Shown: positions 41,225 through 50,118, counted from the first letter of the stretch. The stretch: 64,000 bases of DNA from an uncultured Candidatus Binatia bacterium (GCA_965207575.1 OZ242288.1:466869-530868); one strand, 5' to 3'. A program made the numbers and translations. Notes: generated by a model from the sequence alone, not told the origin.

Positions 41225-41512
41225 TCAGTAGTCGGCGTGGCCGGGCGCGAGCAGGGTAATTGAGGTGGGCTGGAGGTGGGTGCGCACGGTGGGAGTGGGG
41301 CTCTGGTCCAGGGCAAGTACGACCCGTCTCATTTCTCCAGCCGTCAGGTTTCGCTGCAATTCCAGAAAAATCTGGAGCGGCATGTAAATCTGAAGGTCTG
41401 GGAGTTTGTCGAAAAGCAGGGTTTCGCAGGCAGGATAGGTGGGCTCTTTGCGCAGAGCAAAAATCCACACATTTGTATCTATAGCGACCGCCTCATCCCG
41501 GATAGAGGTCAC
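41225..41512 (-). pseudogene. PIN-domain toxin gene, only the N-terminal ~70 aa PIN-like
   Basis: AVAIDTNVWIFALRKE ... LQIFLELQRN is PIN-like. After about residue 70 the reading changes character and continues past the TGA, in the same frame, into an unrelated Cys-rich fragment. Confidence 0.5.
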
Positions 41513-41786
41513 GAGCGATCTGCTCCCGAAGGTCGCTGAGCTCTTGTCTCACAGCGTCGGCAGACTGGGACAGCTTCCCCTCTCGTACCAAGCGAGCACG
41601 GTAGTCTTGGGAAACCTGTTCCAGTATTTCCCGGGTGCTGGCATGGCTATCCAGCCCTTCGACAATCAAGCTGTCCAGGAGGTCTTCAACAGGACGATGT
41701 TCCATACGCGCGGCTTGTTGTATCTGCTCATACCTGTCTTTTGACAGCCGCAGAGTCACTTCCACTGTTTGGTCGCCGCTGCTCAT
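41493..41786 (-). CDS. Ribbon-helix-helix (CopG-like) antitoxin
   Basis: AAGGAG lies before the ATG at 41786. It reads VEVTLRLSKDRYEQIQQAARMEHRPVEDLLDSLIVEGL and its 3' end overlaps the PIN gene start. Confidence 0.6.
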   Translation of the reverse strand: MSSGDQTVEVTLRLSKDRYEQIQQAARMEHRPVEDLLDSLIVEGLDSHASTREILEQVSQDYRARLVREGKLSQSADAVRQELSDLREQIARDLYPG

Positions 41787-41961
41787 GGGACACTCCTTTA
41801 GATAGTAAGAGTCTCGCGCACACTTTTTCTCCATGATTGAGAAGTGAGGATACTGAGCACATCAAAAGCCGTCAAGCTGAATTGTCTTTGGGTACTGTCC
41901 TAATTAGGGCAACAACATACTTGCGTAACCAATCATAATTAGACCGTTCGGATTCAAGAGT

Positions 41962-42582
41962 TTATTGATTGAGGGGGATTAACTCGCCTCGCTGTTCGGG
42001 CCAACAGCCGTCCTGAGCAACCAGATACCGCCAGGTGGGAATATGCACCCCTTCTTGCTCAGGCCGACCGATCAAGAAGAGATATTCTGCTTTTGACACT
42101 CCTGGCCGTTGTACATCGATCTCTCTACCCATCTGAAACATTGTGGTCAGCTCCTGAGTGAGCCACTGCCGATGATTGGGATTGGGGTCGTATGCGGGCC
42201 AATCATAGAAAATCAGCACTTTTAACGACACAGGCCACATGAGCAGTTTGTACATTTCTTCTTCGGGATTATTCCCGTTTTCGTGTTCGATACACACCTC
42301 AAGACGGGCTGGATGGCCATACCTTTCCCCTAGACCAGGAACGGGGTTATTGGTCGGATCGAAATAAATGGCATCTAGAAGATACCATCCTCTGCGACCT
42401 ATTCTTACGTCCCTTTGCAAGCGCGTTGCTAAACGGTGTAGGAACGCATCGTCCGCTGTCAGCATCCACTCTGTCCACAGTGGGGCTTGTGGGTAGGCAT
42501 TCACAATTTCCTGTTGCCTGTCCTCCAAGTCATCATTCCACTGGCCAAGAAAGGCTTCACGAAAACGGCGTGCAGAAACCAT
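41962..42582 (-). CDS. Hypothetical protein with a possible nuclease-like acidic motif
   Basis: 206 aa. It contains YLLDAIYF ... RLEVCIEHEN ... KVLIFY, a D ... E-x-E arrangement that loosely resembles PD-(D/E)XK folds. I recognised no family. Confidence 0.5.
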   Translation of the reverse strand: MVSARRFREAFLGQWNDDLEDRQQEIVNAYPQAPLWTEWMLTADDAFLHRLATRLQRDVRIGRRGWYLLDAIYFDPTNNPVPGLGERYGHPARLEVCIEHENGNNPEEEMYKLLMWPVSLKVLIFYDWPAYDPNPNHRQWLTQELTTMFQMGREIDVQRPGVSKAEYLFLIGRPEQEGVHIPTWRYLVAQDGCWPEQRGELIPLNQ

Positions 42583-42634
42583 ATATGCAGCTCCTGTTCC
42601 ATCGGTTCCCTAAGAGTACACAGAAGGTAAAAAC

Positions 42635-43312
42635 GTGACAAGGCGGTTTGAGAGCTTCTACAACGACTTCTTCAATACCTTCGGTGTCAAGCGGCGCAGC
42701 GTTGCGCGCTATGAGGAGCATGTCAGGAAGCTAGACAATCGTTCCGGCTTCATCGACCTGTTCTGGCCCGGCGTCCTCCTGGTTGAGCAAAAAAGTGCTG
42801 GCCGTGACCTGACTAAAGCCTACGGACAAGCCGGCGACTACTTCGACGCCCTGCCCGAGCAAGACCGCCCGCGCTATATCCTGGTCAGCGACTTCCAGAC
42901 CTTTGAACTGTATGGTTTGGACGAGTGGGAATACACGTTTTTTGCTCTGGCCGACCTACCTCAGCAGGTGGAGAAGTTCGGCTTTTTCAAGGATCAGGAC
43001 CCGGTCAACATTCAGGCGTCCGAACTCATGGGCGACCTGCACGACGCGCTCCAACAGTCCGGTTACACCGGCCACGACCTCGAGCGCTTTCTCGTCCGTA
43101 CCGTGTTCTGCTTGTTTGCCGACGATACCGGCATCTTCGAGCCACGCGACATCTTTCTTGATTTCCTGGAAACGCGCACCCGTGAGGACGGCTCAGACCT
43201 GGGCTTATGGCTCTCACGGCTCTTTCAAGTGCTCAATATGCCGGAGGACACACGTCAACGAAGACCTAGGGCCAGACCCGCTGCTTTACGGAGGGCAATC
43301 AGCTTTATTTGA
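42635..43312 (+). pseudogene. Truncated duplicate of the MmeI-family nuclease/N-terminal region
   Basis: It is near-identical to residues ~30-240 of 36946..39744 and retains FIDLFWPGVLLVEQKS. It lacks the first ~30 codons and all methylase/TRD parts, and it diverges after ...RLFQVLNMPED. Confidence 0.85.
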
Positions 43313-43351
43313 TAACCTTGACAAGGATGACTCGTGGATATTCTGACGTTA

Positions 43352-43678
43352 CTACAACAACGACTCAAAAACACGGATCAGCCGGGGCAGCTCTCCATCC
43401 CGGGCCTCATTGACCATTTGGTCCAGCTTCCGACGGAGTTGGGCCGGCCGGTATCCTTCCTCCGGGTGATACTGAAACAATTCGGATAGCGGAACCTCCA
43501 GACCTGCGGAAAGACGCTCAAGCAGGGCCAGCGTCGGATTCGCCTCTCCCCGCTCAATGACAGCCAGATAATTGGCACTGATATCGATGATTTCCGCCAG
43601 CCCTTCCTGGGTATGGCCCTTTGATCTTCGCAGGCTTTTGATCCGCTTTCCCAACAGTTTTCGGTCGTCCATAACCAC
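43352..43678 (-). CDS. XRE-family helix-turn-helix regulator
   Basis: Contains LGKRIKSLRRSKGHTQEGLAEIIDISANYLAVIERGEANPTLALLERLSAGLEVPLSELF. Confidence 0.85.
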   Translation of the reverse strand: MVMDDRKLLGKRIKSLRRSKGHTQEGLAEIIDISANYLAVIERGEANPTLALLERLSAGLEVPLSELFQYHPEEGYRPAQLRRKLDQMVNEARDGELPRLIRVFESLL

Positions 43679-43802
43679 CTCGCCTCAAAGGCAGTATGAA
43701 TATGCCACCATGCTGAATGAATTAGCTGACAGATATAGATTGTCAACAAACTACATCCGTCATGTGGCAGTAAAATGCCTTAGCTATTCTGTTCGGTCGG
43801 CT

Positions 43803-44048
43803 TCATCCCCAATACCGTTGGTCAACGACGCGTTGCGAATACAACGCAGCGGTAAACTCGGCGAGGTCAGCGGGTGTCCACGTCACATAGCGACGCAAAC
43901 GGGTACGCCGAGTCTCCAGGTCCACCGCGTCTCGTAGGAGGGCCAGGACAGTGCGGTTCAGACTCTCTCCCCGTTCCTCGCTAATGGCGCGAAGCCGGCG
44001 TGAAAGTTCGGCATCGACATTCCGAAGCGTCATCTGTGTGACCGCCAT
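43803..44048 (-). CDS. RHH (FitA/VapB-like) antitoxin with no adjacent toxin gene
   Basis: MTLRNVDAELSRRLRAISEERGESLNRTVLALL parallels 54656..54898 (MTIRNVPAELASALDAERRRRGLSLNRTVLSLM). Confidence 0.6.
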   Translation of the reverse strand: MAVTQMTLRNVDAELSRRLRAISEERGESLNRTVLALLRDAVDLETRRTRLRRYVTWTPADLAEFTAALYSQRVVDQRYWG

Positions 44049-44082
44049 ACTGCCCCCCGCATAGCGTTATGACCGCATGAGG

Positions 44083-45087
44083 TCAAGAATGGGTCAGGGT
44101 CAGTTTGAGCAGCAGGGTGGCGGCTGGCACCGAGGTGTAATAGGTACCGAGATATTTTGCTTCGTGCAGCAGCCAGTGATAGATGCGCCCCATCAGGTCG
44201 TGGCGTAAGGCGGCCTGTTGTTCGCAAATGGCCTTCGCCTGCGTTAGTACTGCTGTCACTGCCCGCGTGGTGCTGAGCGCACTCGGCAGTTCATCCAGCA
44301 CGTGCTCACCAAGCTGGAAAATCGGCACATAGTTGATGTTTTCCCATATCCAGTGCCAATGCTTCGCAATAGCACCAACTAAATCGGTTTCCTTTTCCAT
44401 TTTGCGGAGCGGGGTGATACGGCCATCCGTTATCGCTAACTGTTCTTGAAAAATCAGTGCGTTAGCCAGCACCAGGGCCGAGACCTTGGCAGCCGTCTCA
44501 CGCCGGCCTTGGGCTTTGTCCGGCGTCTCACCTTTGGGTGGGGTGATCCCGAGAATTGTTGACAGCCGATCACACGCCCCTGTTTAGCCCAGCCAGAGTT
44601 GCGTCACGCTGACTAGGCGGCCATGCAGTGCTTTGGCTGTCCGCTCAACGATATCATCTTGACTCAGCGCTTCTTGCGCCCGGCGCAGGGCTTCCATCAA
44701 CGCCGCCGGATTCCCCTCGAACCATTCATCGCCCTCGGAGGTCTCGGTCATAATGCAGTAGCGCAGCCGCGCCCCGGTCAGTGCATTAAGCATCTCGGTG
44801 GTAGGCGTCGTGCGAAGCGGCTCGGGATAGACGGTTGCTGCTGCAATGTGGGCAATCCCGGCCCGGACGCGCTTGCGGGCGTCGTTCAGGACGATCTGTT
44901 CAGCGTTCGGTACGTCGGTAAACTTGCCTTCGATGACGGCCCGCAGACCACGCAACTGAAACAGCACGTCTGGCCGGTGCCTGCCGTGCAGGTGAATAGT
45001 TTCCGCATTGGCGGTGACGCCGAGCTTTGAGATCAACACGGCCAGTTGCGTATTGACGACTTCTTCACGATTGCGCGGCTTGGGCAT
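44083..45087 (-). pseudogene. Decayed nuclease-methyltransferase (Type IIG-like) gene: in-frame TAA and 3' truncation
   Basis: The PD-ExK motif reads HRPDVLFQLRGLRAVIEGKF. Track ORFs 44584..45267 and 44083..44472 share one frame and are separated only by TAA 44584-44586. The distal part has RHDLMGRIYHWLLHEAKYLGTYYTSVPAATLL, which resembles the region before motif I of gamma-class N6A methylases. No catalytic methylase motifs follow. Confidence 0.55.
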
Positions 45088-45701
45088 TATGGGGTCCGTT
45101 GGATCTATGGGATCAATGGAGTCTGTTGTGGCGGAGTCCGAAGCGCAACGCAAGGCCGGGGGGCGCTGGCAATCGGGCCCGGCCTTTGGCATACTGGCGG
45201 GAGTGATTTGACCCAAGGCGGGGGAGCCCTTTGCGACTTTGCCCATTCTTGTGCCCAAACTGCGCATTCCTGTGCGTTTTCAGCCATCCCTATGCGTTTT
45301 TACATACTTTTTCAATGCCTTAGATTGAATAAAAACAGGCACTTAGCTCCAAAAATACCCCCGCATAGAGGGTCCTGCGCAAAAATGGCCGGGATGGACG
45401 GGTTTACGCGGGGTGTAAACCCGACAAAACGCGCGATTATCTCGCCAAAATGCTTGCAACAGCTAGTGGCCCGCCGAAATCGGCCCAAAATCATTCGCAA
45501 GAGGGGCAGCGCAACAGATAAGAATAAGCTGGATAATCCGACTAAGTATTTGATTTTTCTAGTTTTATTTTCCAGCAGGCAGAAAAACAGGAAATCCTCA
45601 CCAAATCCCTACAAAATCCCTATTAAAATAGGCTAAATGGCTGAAATCATTAGAATCGGGGTAAAAAGGGAGGGGGGGTCAGAGAAAGGGGAGTATGACT
45701 G

Positions 45702-47363
45702 ATGGGTACGATACGCGGCGAAGAACTCATTGCACAGAGTTTCAAGCGAGAAAACGTCGATACCATTTTCTTTATGATGGGCGGGCCGACCAGCGGCACC
45801 GCGGCGGCCTGTCTCGACCTGGGCATGCAAGGCATCTATGTCCGCCACGAACAGGCCGCGGCCATGATGGCCCACGCCTACGCGCGGGTCACGGGCAAGC
45901 CCGGCATTTGTATTACGCCGTCCGGTCCGGGCACGGCCAACGCCGTGACCGGACTGGCCAATGCCTGGGCGGATTCCGCGCCGATTATTGCCATTGGTGG
46001 GTCCGCTCCCATGCGGGCGACCACGCTCGACGCCTTTCAGGAGATGGATCAGGTCGCCATGATGAAGCCCGTGGTCAAGGCGGCGTATCGTATTGATATG
46101 GCTCAGCGGGTGCCCGAATATGTCAGTATTGCCTTTCGGGAAGCCATGGACGGCAAGAAAGGCCCGGTGTATCTCGACCTGCCCGGCGATGTGCTGGCGC
46201 ATAAGGTTGACGAAGAGAAAATCTACTGGCCGGAGAATTATCGGACCGAAAGCCGGCCGGCCGGAGACCCGGCCCTGGTCAAACAGGCGATAGAGCTGCT
46301 GGCCCAGGCCGAGAAACCCCTCATTGTGACCGGCAGCGGTATCCTGTGGTCGGAGGCCAGCGCGGAGCTGCAAGGGTTTGTCGAGTCCACCGGCGTTCCC
46401 TTTTTCACCACTCCACAGGGTCGCGGCGTTATTCCCGAGGATCATGATCGCGCCTTTCCCGCGGCCCGGTCCATGGCCTTTCGCGAGGCTGACGTTGTGC
46501 TGGTCATTGGTGCGCGGGCAAACTCCATGCTGTCGTTTCTCCGCGCCCCCCGTTTTTCTCCCGCGGCAAAGTTTATCAACGTCAATCTGGACGGCAGAGC
46601 CATTGGTCATAACCGAGGGATAGCCGTCGGCATTGTCGGCGACGCCAAGCTTGTTTTGCAGCAGTTGACGGAAGAGGCCAGTGGCAAGTTCGACCCCAAT
46701 CAGGAAACCGCCTGGGTTGCCCAGCTTGCGGCCAAACAACGCTCCAATATGGAGCGCTCGGCTCCGCTGTTGCACTCGGACGCCACCCCGGTCCATCCGC
46801 TCCGCTTGTGCAAGGAAGTCCGCGAGACGATCAGCCGCGACACCATTCTGGTCGTGGACGGGCATGAAATCCTCAATTTTGCGCGCCAGTCCATTCCCGT
46901 GTACGACATCGGCGGCAGCCTCAATGCCGGCCCACACGGCTGTATGGGCGTAGGCGTACCGTTCGGCATCGGGGCCAAGGTGGCAGCGCCGGACAAACCC
47001 GTCCTGATTCTGTCCGGCGACGGCGCCTTCGGCTGGAACGGCATGGAGATGGACTCGGCCATTCGGCATAACATCCCTATTGTCGTCGTGGTCTCCAACA
47101 ATGCCGGTTTCACCTCGCGCCAGACCGGGTATATGACGGCCGGCGACAAACAGGGCCGGCAGAATGTCGGCCGCGAGCTGGGTCATCAGCGCTATGACAA
47201 AATGGTCGAAGCGCTGGGCGGCTACGGGGAGTATGTCGAGAACCCCGCCGACATCAAAGCCGCGATTGAGCGGGCGTTTGCCAGCGGCAAGCCGGCCTTG
47301 GTCAACGTCTGCACCGACCCGGACGCCCAGGCCACAACCGATATGGGGTTTGGGGGATATTAG
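45702..47363 (+). CDS. Thiamine-diphosphate-dependent enzyme (acetolactate synthase large-subunit family)
   Basis: Contains VRHEQAAAMMAHAYARVTGKPGICITPSGPGTANAVTGLANAW and, C-terminally, GCMGVGVPFGIGAKVA ... LSGDGAFGWNGMEMDSAIRHNIPIVVVVSNN. Confidence 0.9.
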   Translation: MGTIRGEELIAQSFKRENVDTIFFMMGGPTSGTAAACLDLGMQGIYVRHEQAAAMMAHAYARVTGKPGICITPSGPGTANAVTGLANAWADSAPIIAIGGSAPMRATTLDAFQEMDQVAMMKPVVKAAYRIDMAQRVPEYVSIAFREAMDGKKGPVYLDLPGDVLAHKVDEEKIYWPENYRTESRPAGDPALVKQAIELLAQAEKPLIVTGSGILWSEASAELQGFVESTGVPFFTTPQGRGVIPEDHDRAFPAARSMAFREADVVLVIGARANSMLSFLRAPRFSPAAKFINVNLDGRAIGHNRGIAVGIVGDAKLVLQQLTEEASGKFDPNQETAWVAQLAAKQRSNMERSAPLLHSDATPVHPLRLCKEVRETISRDTILVVDGHEILNFARQSIPVYDIGGSLNAGPHGCMGVGVPFGIGAKVAAPDKPVLILSGDGAFGWNGMEMDSAIRHNIPIVVVVSNNAGFTSRQTGYMTAGDKQGRQNVGRELGHQRYDKMVEALGGYGEYVENPADIKAAIERAFASGKPALVNVCTDPDAQATTDMGFGGY

Positions 47364-47379
47364 AAAACAGGGGAACGAC

Positions 47380-48537
47380 ATGAGCAGCAATAAGACCTGG
47401 GACGACCTCACGCTGGGCGTCGAGGAGGAATTCTTTCTCGTAGACCCCGTCTCGCGCGACCTGCTGGCCGACCCTGACCCCGGCATTTTCGAGACCTGCG
47501 AGCGCAACCGGGGACCGCACAAAGTCGTACACGAACTTTTCCGAACCCAGATCGAGACCAACACCCAGGTCTGTCACTCGCTGGCCGAGGTGCGCGCCGC
47601 CCTGTGCGAAACTCGCCGGCTGGTCATTGAGGCCGCGGAGGCATACGGAGCCACGGTCATGGCCGCCTCGACCCATCCGTTCGCAGAGTGGCGGGCACAG
47701 ATGACCACGCCCAAGGAGCGCTACGAGCGGTTCGCAATCACGTTTCAGGAGAGTATACGGCGTGGGCTCATCGCCGGCATGCACATTCATGCCGGCTTTG
47801 GCGACCCGGATGAGAGAATCCGGGTCATGACCGCGCTCCGGCGCTACCTGCCGCTGCTCCACGCCCTGTCCACCTCATCGCCGTTCAATTCAGGCCACCA
47901 GACCGGTTTCAAGTCCTACCGCCTCAACCTGTTCGGCGCTCTGCCGCGCACCAGCCTGCCCGGTCCACTGTATTCCCAGGCCGAGTACGACCGGCTCATA
48001 GCCGACTACCAGCGCATGGAGTTTATCACCAGCGCGAGCGAATTATGGTGGGACATCCGCCCCTCACGAGCCTACCCGACCGTGGAAATGCGCATCTGCG
48101 ACATCTGCCCACTCATTGACGACGCCGTATGCATCGCTGCCCTTTACGCGGCGTTGATTCGCCACCTGTTGCGGCAGGACCGGGAGGGCAATTTACCCCC
48201 CGAACCGCCCACCGAGATCATTGCCGAGAACCGCTGGCTCGCCCAGCGCTACGGTGTGCTCGCCTTCCTCGGCGATACAGGCCGGGGTGGACGACAGGAC
48301 ATCCAGGACTACGCGACTCAACTGATCGAAACCCTCGCCGATGACGCTCGCGCCTTGGGCTGCGAAGACGAGATGCGCCGCGCGCTCGCCATCATTCGTT
48401 CCGGGAGCAGCGCCGACCGGCAGCTTGACCATTTCCGCTTGCGCCTCCTTGAAGGAGACACTGAGCAAGAGGCCCTGCGTTCTGTCGTCGATCTGGTGTT
48501 AGCCGAAACCCGGCAGGGAGTCTGGGAGACCGGTTGA
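47380..48537 (+). CDS. Carboxylate-amine ligase, glutamate-cysteine ligase family 2 (YbdK-like)
   Basis: Contains LTLGVEEEFFLVD ... HELFRTQIETNT ... GMHIHAGF ... SSPF ... WWDIRPS ... VEMRICD. The ATG at 47380 lies 16 nt after the upstream stop. Confidence 0.85.
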   Translation: MSSNKTWDDLTLGVEEEFFLVDPVSRDLLADPDPGIFETCERNRGPHKVVHELFRTQIETNTQVCHSLAEVRAALCETRRLVIEAAEAYGATVMAASTHPFAEWRAQMTTPKERYERFAITFQESIRRGLIAGMHIHAGFGDPDERIRVMTALRRYLPLLHALSTSSPFNSGHQTGFKSYRLNLFGALPRTSLPGPLYSQAEYDRLIADYQRMEFITSASELWWDIRPSRAYPTVEMRICDICPLIDDAVCIAALYAALIRHLLRQDREGNLPPEPPTEIIAENRWLAQRYGVLAFLGDTGRGGRQDIQDYATQLIETLADDARALGCEDEMRRALAIIRSGSSADRQLDHFRLRLLEGDTEQEALRSVVDLVLAETRQGVWETG

Positions 48538-48862
48538 CCCTCGCAGATCAATCTCACCAGTGGGGCGGCTGACGCAGCCGAACAAAATAGTTGCGGAATT
48601 TGAGGGATTTTACCTGGTTTTGAGACAGTTTTGGGGCGGATTGAAGGGGGTTTGAGGCGACCATGATGCGCTCGCCTACTCCCTTTTCATTGTTGACCCC
48701 TTTTCTGGAGGATTTTTTACCCCCCCCCTCCCCCCCTTTTTGAAAGTGAGTGTTTTCAAGGGGTTAGACGGGAACTTGTCCCTTTGGTGTCCGGCGCTTC
48801 TTGGGGCCGGTTTTCCTCCTCTCTGAATATCCTACGCCCTTCGTTTTCCAGGCGCAAATCGC

Positions 48863-49012
48863 CTAGATCAGCCCACGCCAGAAGGTTGCGACGGCTTCCT
48901 TGTCGGCCTCGAAGAAGTCCTCGAAAAAGCCACGACCATTAAGCGGAGGAGGAGAGGCATAGCGTTCGCCATCTTCCCCAAATTCGGTGGCCCAAACGGA
49001 AGCCGTCTTTCT
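48863..49012 (-). pseudogene. 3' fragment duplicated from the 50119..50442 gene
   Basis: The minus strand reads ...WATEFGEDGERYASPPPLNGRGFFEDFFEADKEAVATFWRGLI*. The stretch 48876-48999 matches 50150-50273 (124 bp with a few mismatches). Confidence 0.65.
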
Positions 49013-49078
49013 GCTCTACATAGGCAATTGCTCGGCACGTATGATTTCTTTATGAAGAAACAATAGAGGCTAGGAGAC

Positions 49079-49363
49079 GTGGCGGAAAAGGCGACCCGCT
49101 GGAGGGCAGACCAAAAGATCAGGAAACAAATGAGACAACGTGGATGGAATGACGATTTAATAGCTGAAACAATAAGGAGTCCGTACCGTAGGGCAGTAAC
49201 AAGAGACACAAGATACAAGATGGATATTCCAGGTCAGAAACGTAATGACCCGGCAACCGCCTATATCCGTACAGATGGTAGTTATGTGGTGCGGAACGAT
49301 ATAACTGAGGATATCGTCCAAGTCAGTGATCGAAACGATCCCGACTGGCAGAGTCCGTTCTGA
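49079..49363 (+). CDS. Small toxin-like protein (resembles stand-alone C-terminal domains of polymorphic toxins)
   Basis: RGWNDDLIAETIRSP ... PATAYIRTDGSYVVRNDITEDIVQVSDRNDPDW resembles toxin modules that I cannot assign to a named family. It has a GTG start after TAGGAGA. Confidence 0.3.
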   Translation: MAEKATRWRADQKIRKQMRQRGWNDDLIAETIRSPYRRAVTRDTRYKMDIPGQKRNDPATAYIRTDGSYVVRNDITEDIVQVSDRNDPDWQSPF

Positions 49364-49378
49364 CGAGCGAGGTAGCCT

Positions 49379-49741
49379 ATGGGTACGATTGACCAACGCA
49401 TTGAGAGCCATGAGACCAAAAGGGCCGTTGGAAGAAAGGAGCGGTATCTTCCACTACATGAGGCAACTCGTATCGTTGAGGAATGCTCCGGTCAGGGGGT
49501 TGCGGTTATAGGAATAGACTTCGTGCATATCCGAGAGGGGAAGGTTCAGCCTCGTATTCCAATCAATTCGGCAGATTGGTCAGCTTTCCTGAAAGAATCC
49601 CGCTGGCAAGATATCGTTACTCAATGTAATGCAGCGTCCCTCCGAGTCCTTGAACGAGAAGAACGGGAAGACCCAGAGCAGTTGTGTTCCTTTGTCTTTT
49701 TTCGTGAAGAAGAATGGACGACGGGCAACCGGTCCCACTGA
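49379..49741 (+). CDS. Possible cognate immunity protein
   Basis: It lies 15 nt downstream of 49079..49363 on the same strand and is acidic. I recognised no family. The call is positional only. Confidence 0.3.
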   Translation: MGTIDQRIESHETKRAVGRKERYLPLHEATRIVEECSGQGVAVIGIDFVHIREGKVQPRIPINSADWSAFLKESRWQDIVTQCNAASLRVLEREEREDPEQLCSFVFFREEEWTTGNRSH

Positions 49742-49773
49742 GAACCCAGCACTCTTACATGACGCTCGCTCTT

Positions 49774-49866
49774 CGTCCTTCGACTTCAGGCGCGTTGCGC
49801 CTTACGCTCAGGACCGACGGCCTCTTCTCCGTTCGTCCTGAGCGTAGCGTAAGCGAAGTCGAAGGA
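49774..49866. repeat. REP-like imperfect palindromic element
   Basis: The outer arms GTCCTTCGACTTC / GAAGTCGAAGGAC and the inner arms CTTACGCTCAGGAC / GTCCTGAGCGTA..AG pair up. A half-copy (GTCCTGAGC-CCG-GTCGAAGGAC) lies at 58274-58295. Confidence 0.6.
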
Positions 49867-49911
49867 CCACACGGCCATAAGCTCACGCAGCAGTATCAAG
49901 GACCCAGAGAC

Positions 49912-50079
49912 TCATTCCTCCGACGCTGCCTTGTCCAGTTGGGCGCGTTGTTCTGCTATGGTGTCCACCCAAGCATCAATCTCGGGGTGGTCCTTCCAGA
50001 TTCCCGCAAAAGGCACCCAGGGATGAATCGTACCCGGATAGCGCTTTTTTGACGGGGCTTCTTGATTTGTCTCTTTCAT
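49912..50079 (-). CDS. Small hypothetical protein (55 aa; below the track cutoff), antitoxin-like
   Basis: Reads MKETNQEAPSKKRYPGTIHPWVPFAGIWKDHPEIDAWVDTIAEQRAQLDKAASEE. The FAGIWKD ... motif recurs in small antitoxin-like proteins. Confidence 0.35.
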   Translation of the reverse strand: MKETNQEAPSKKRYPGTIHPWVPFAGIWKDHPEIDAWVDTIAEQRAQLDKAASEE

Positions 50080-50118
50080 TGCTCTTTGTGCTCGCAGGGC
50101 GATGTTGCGGCTTATCTG

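Noticed and set aside
45633-47564. 643-aa ORF on the minus strand
   Set aside because: It is antisense to the ThDP-enzyme gene, which carries clear family motifs on the plus strand. The minus-strand reading is Arg/Gly-rich with no recognisable motif.
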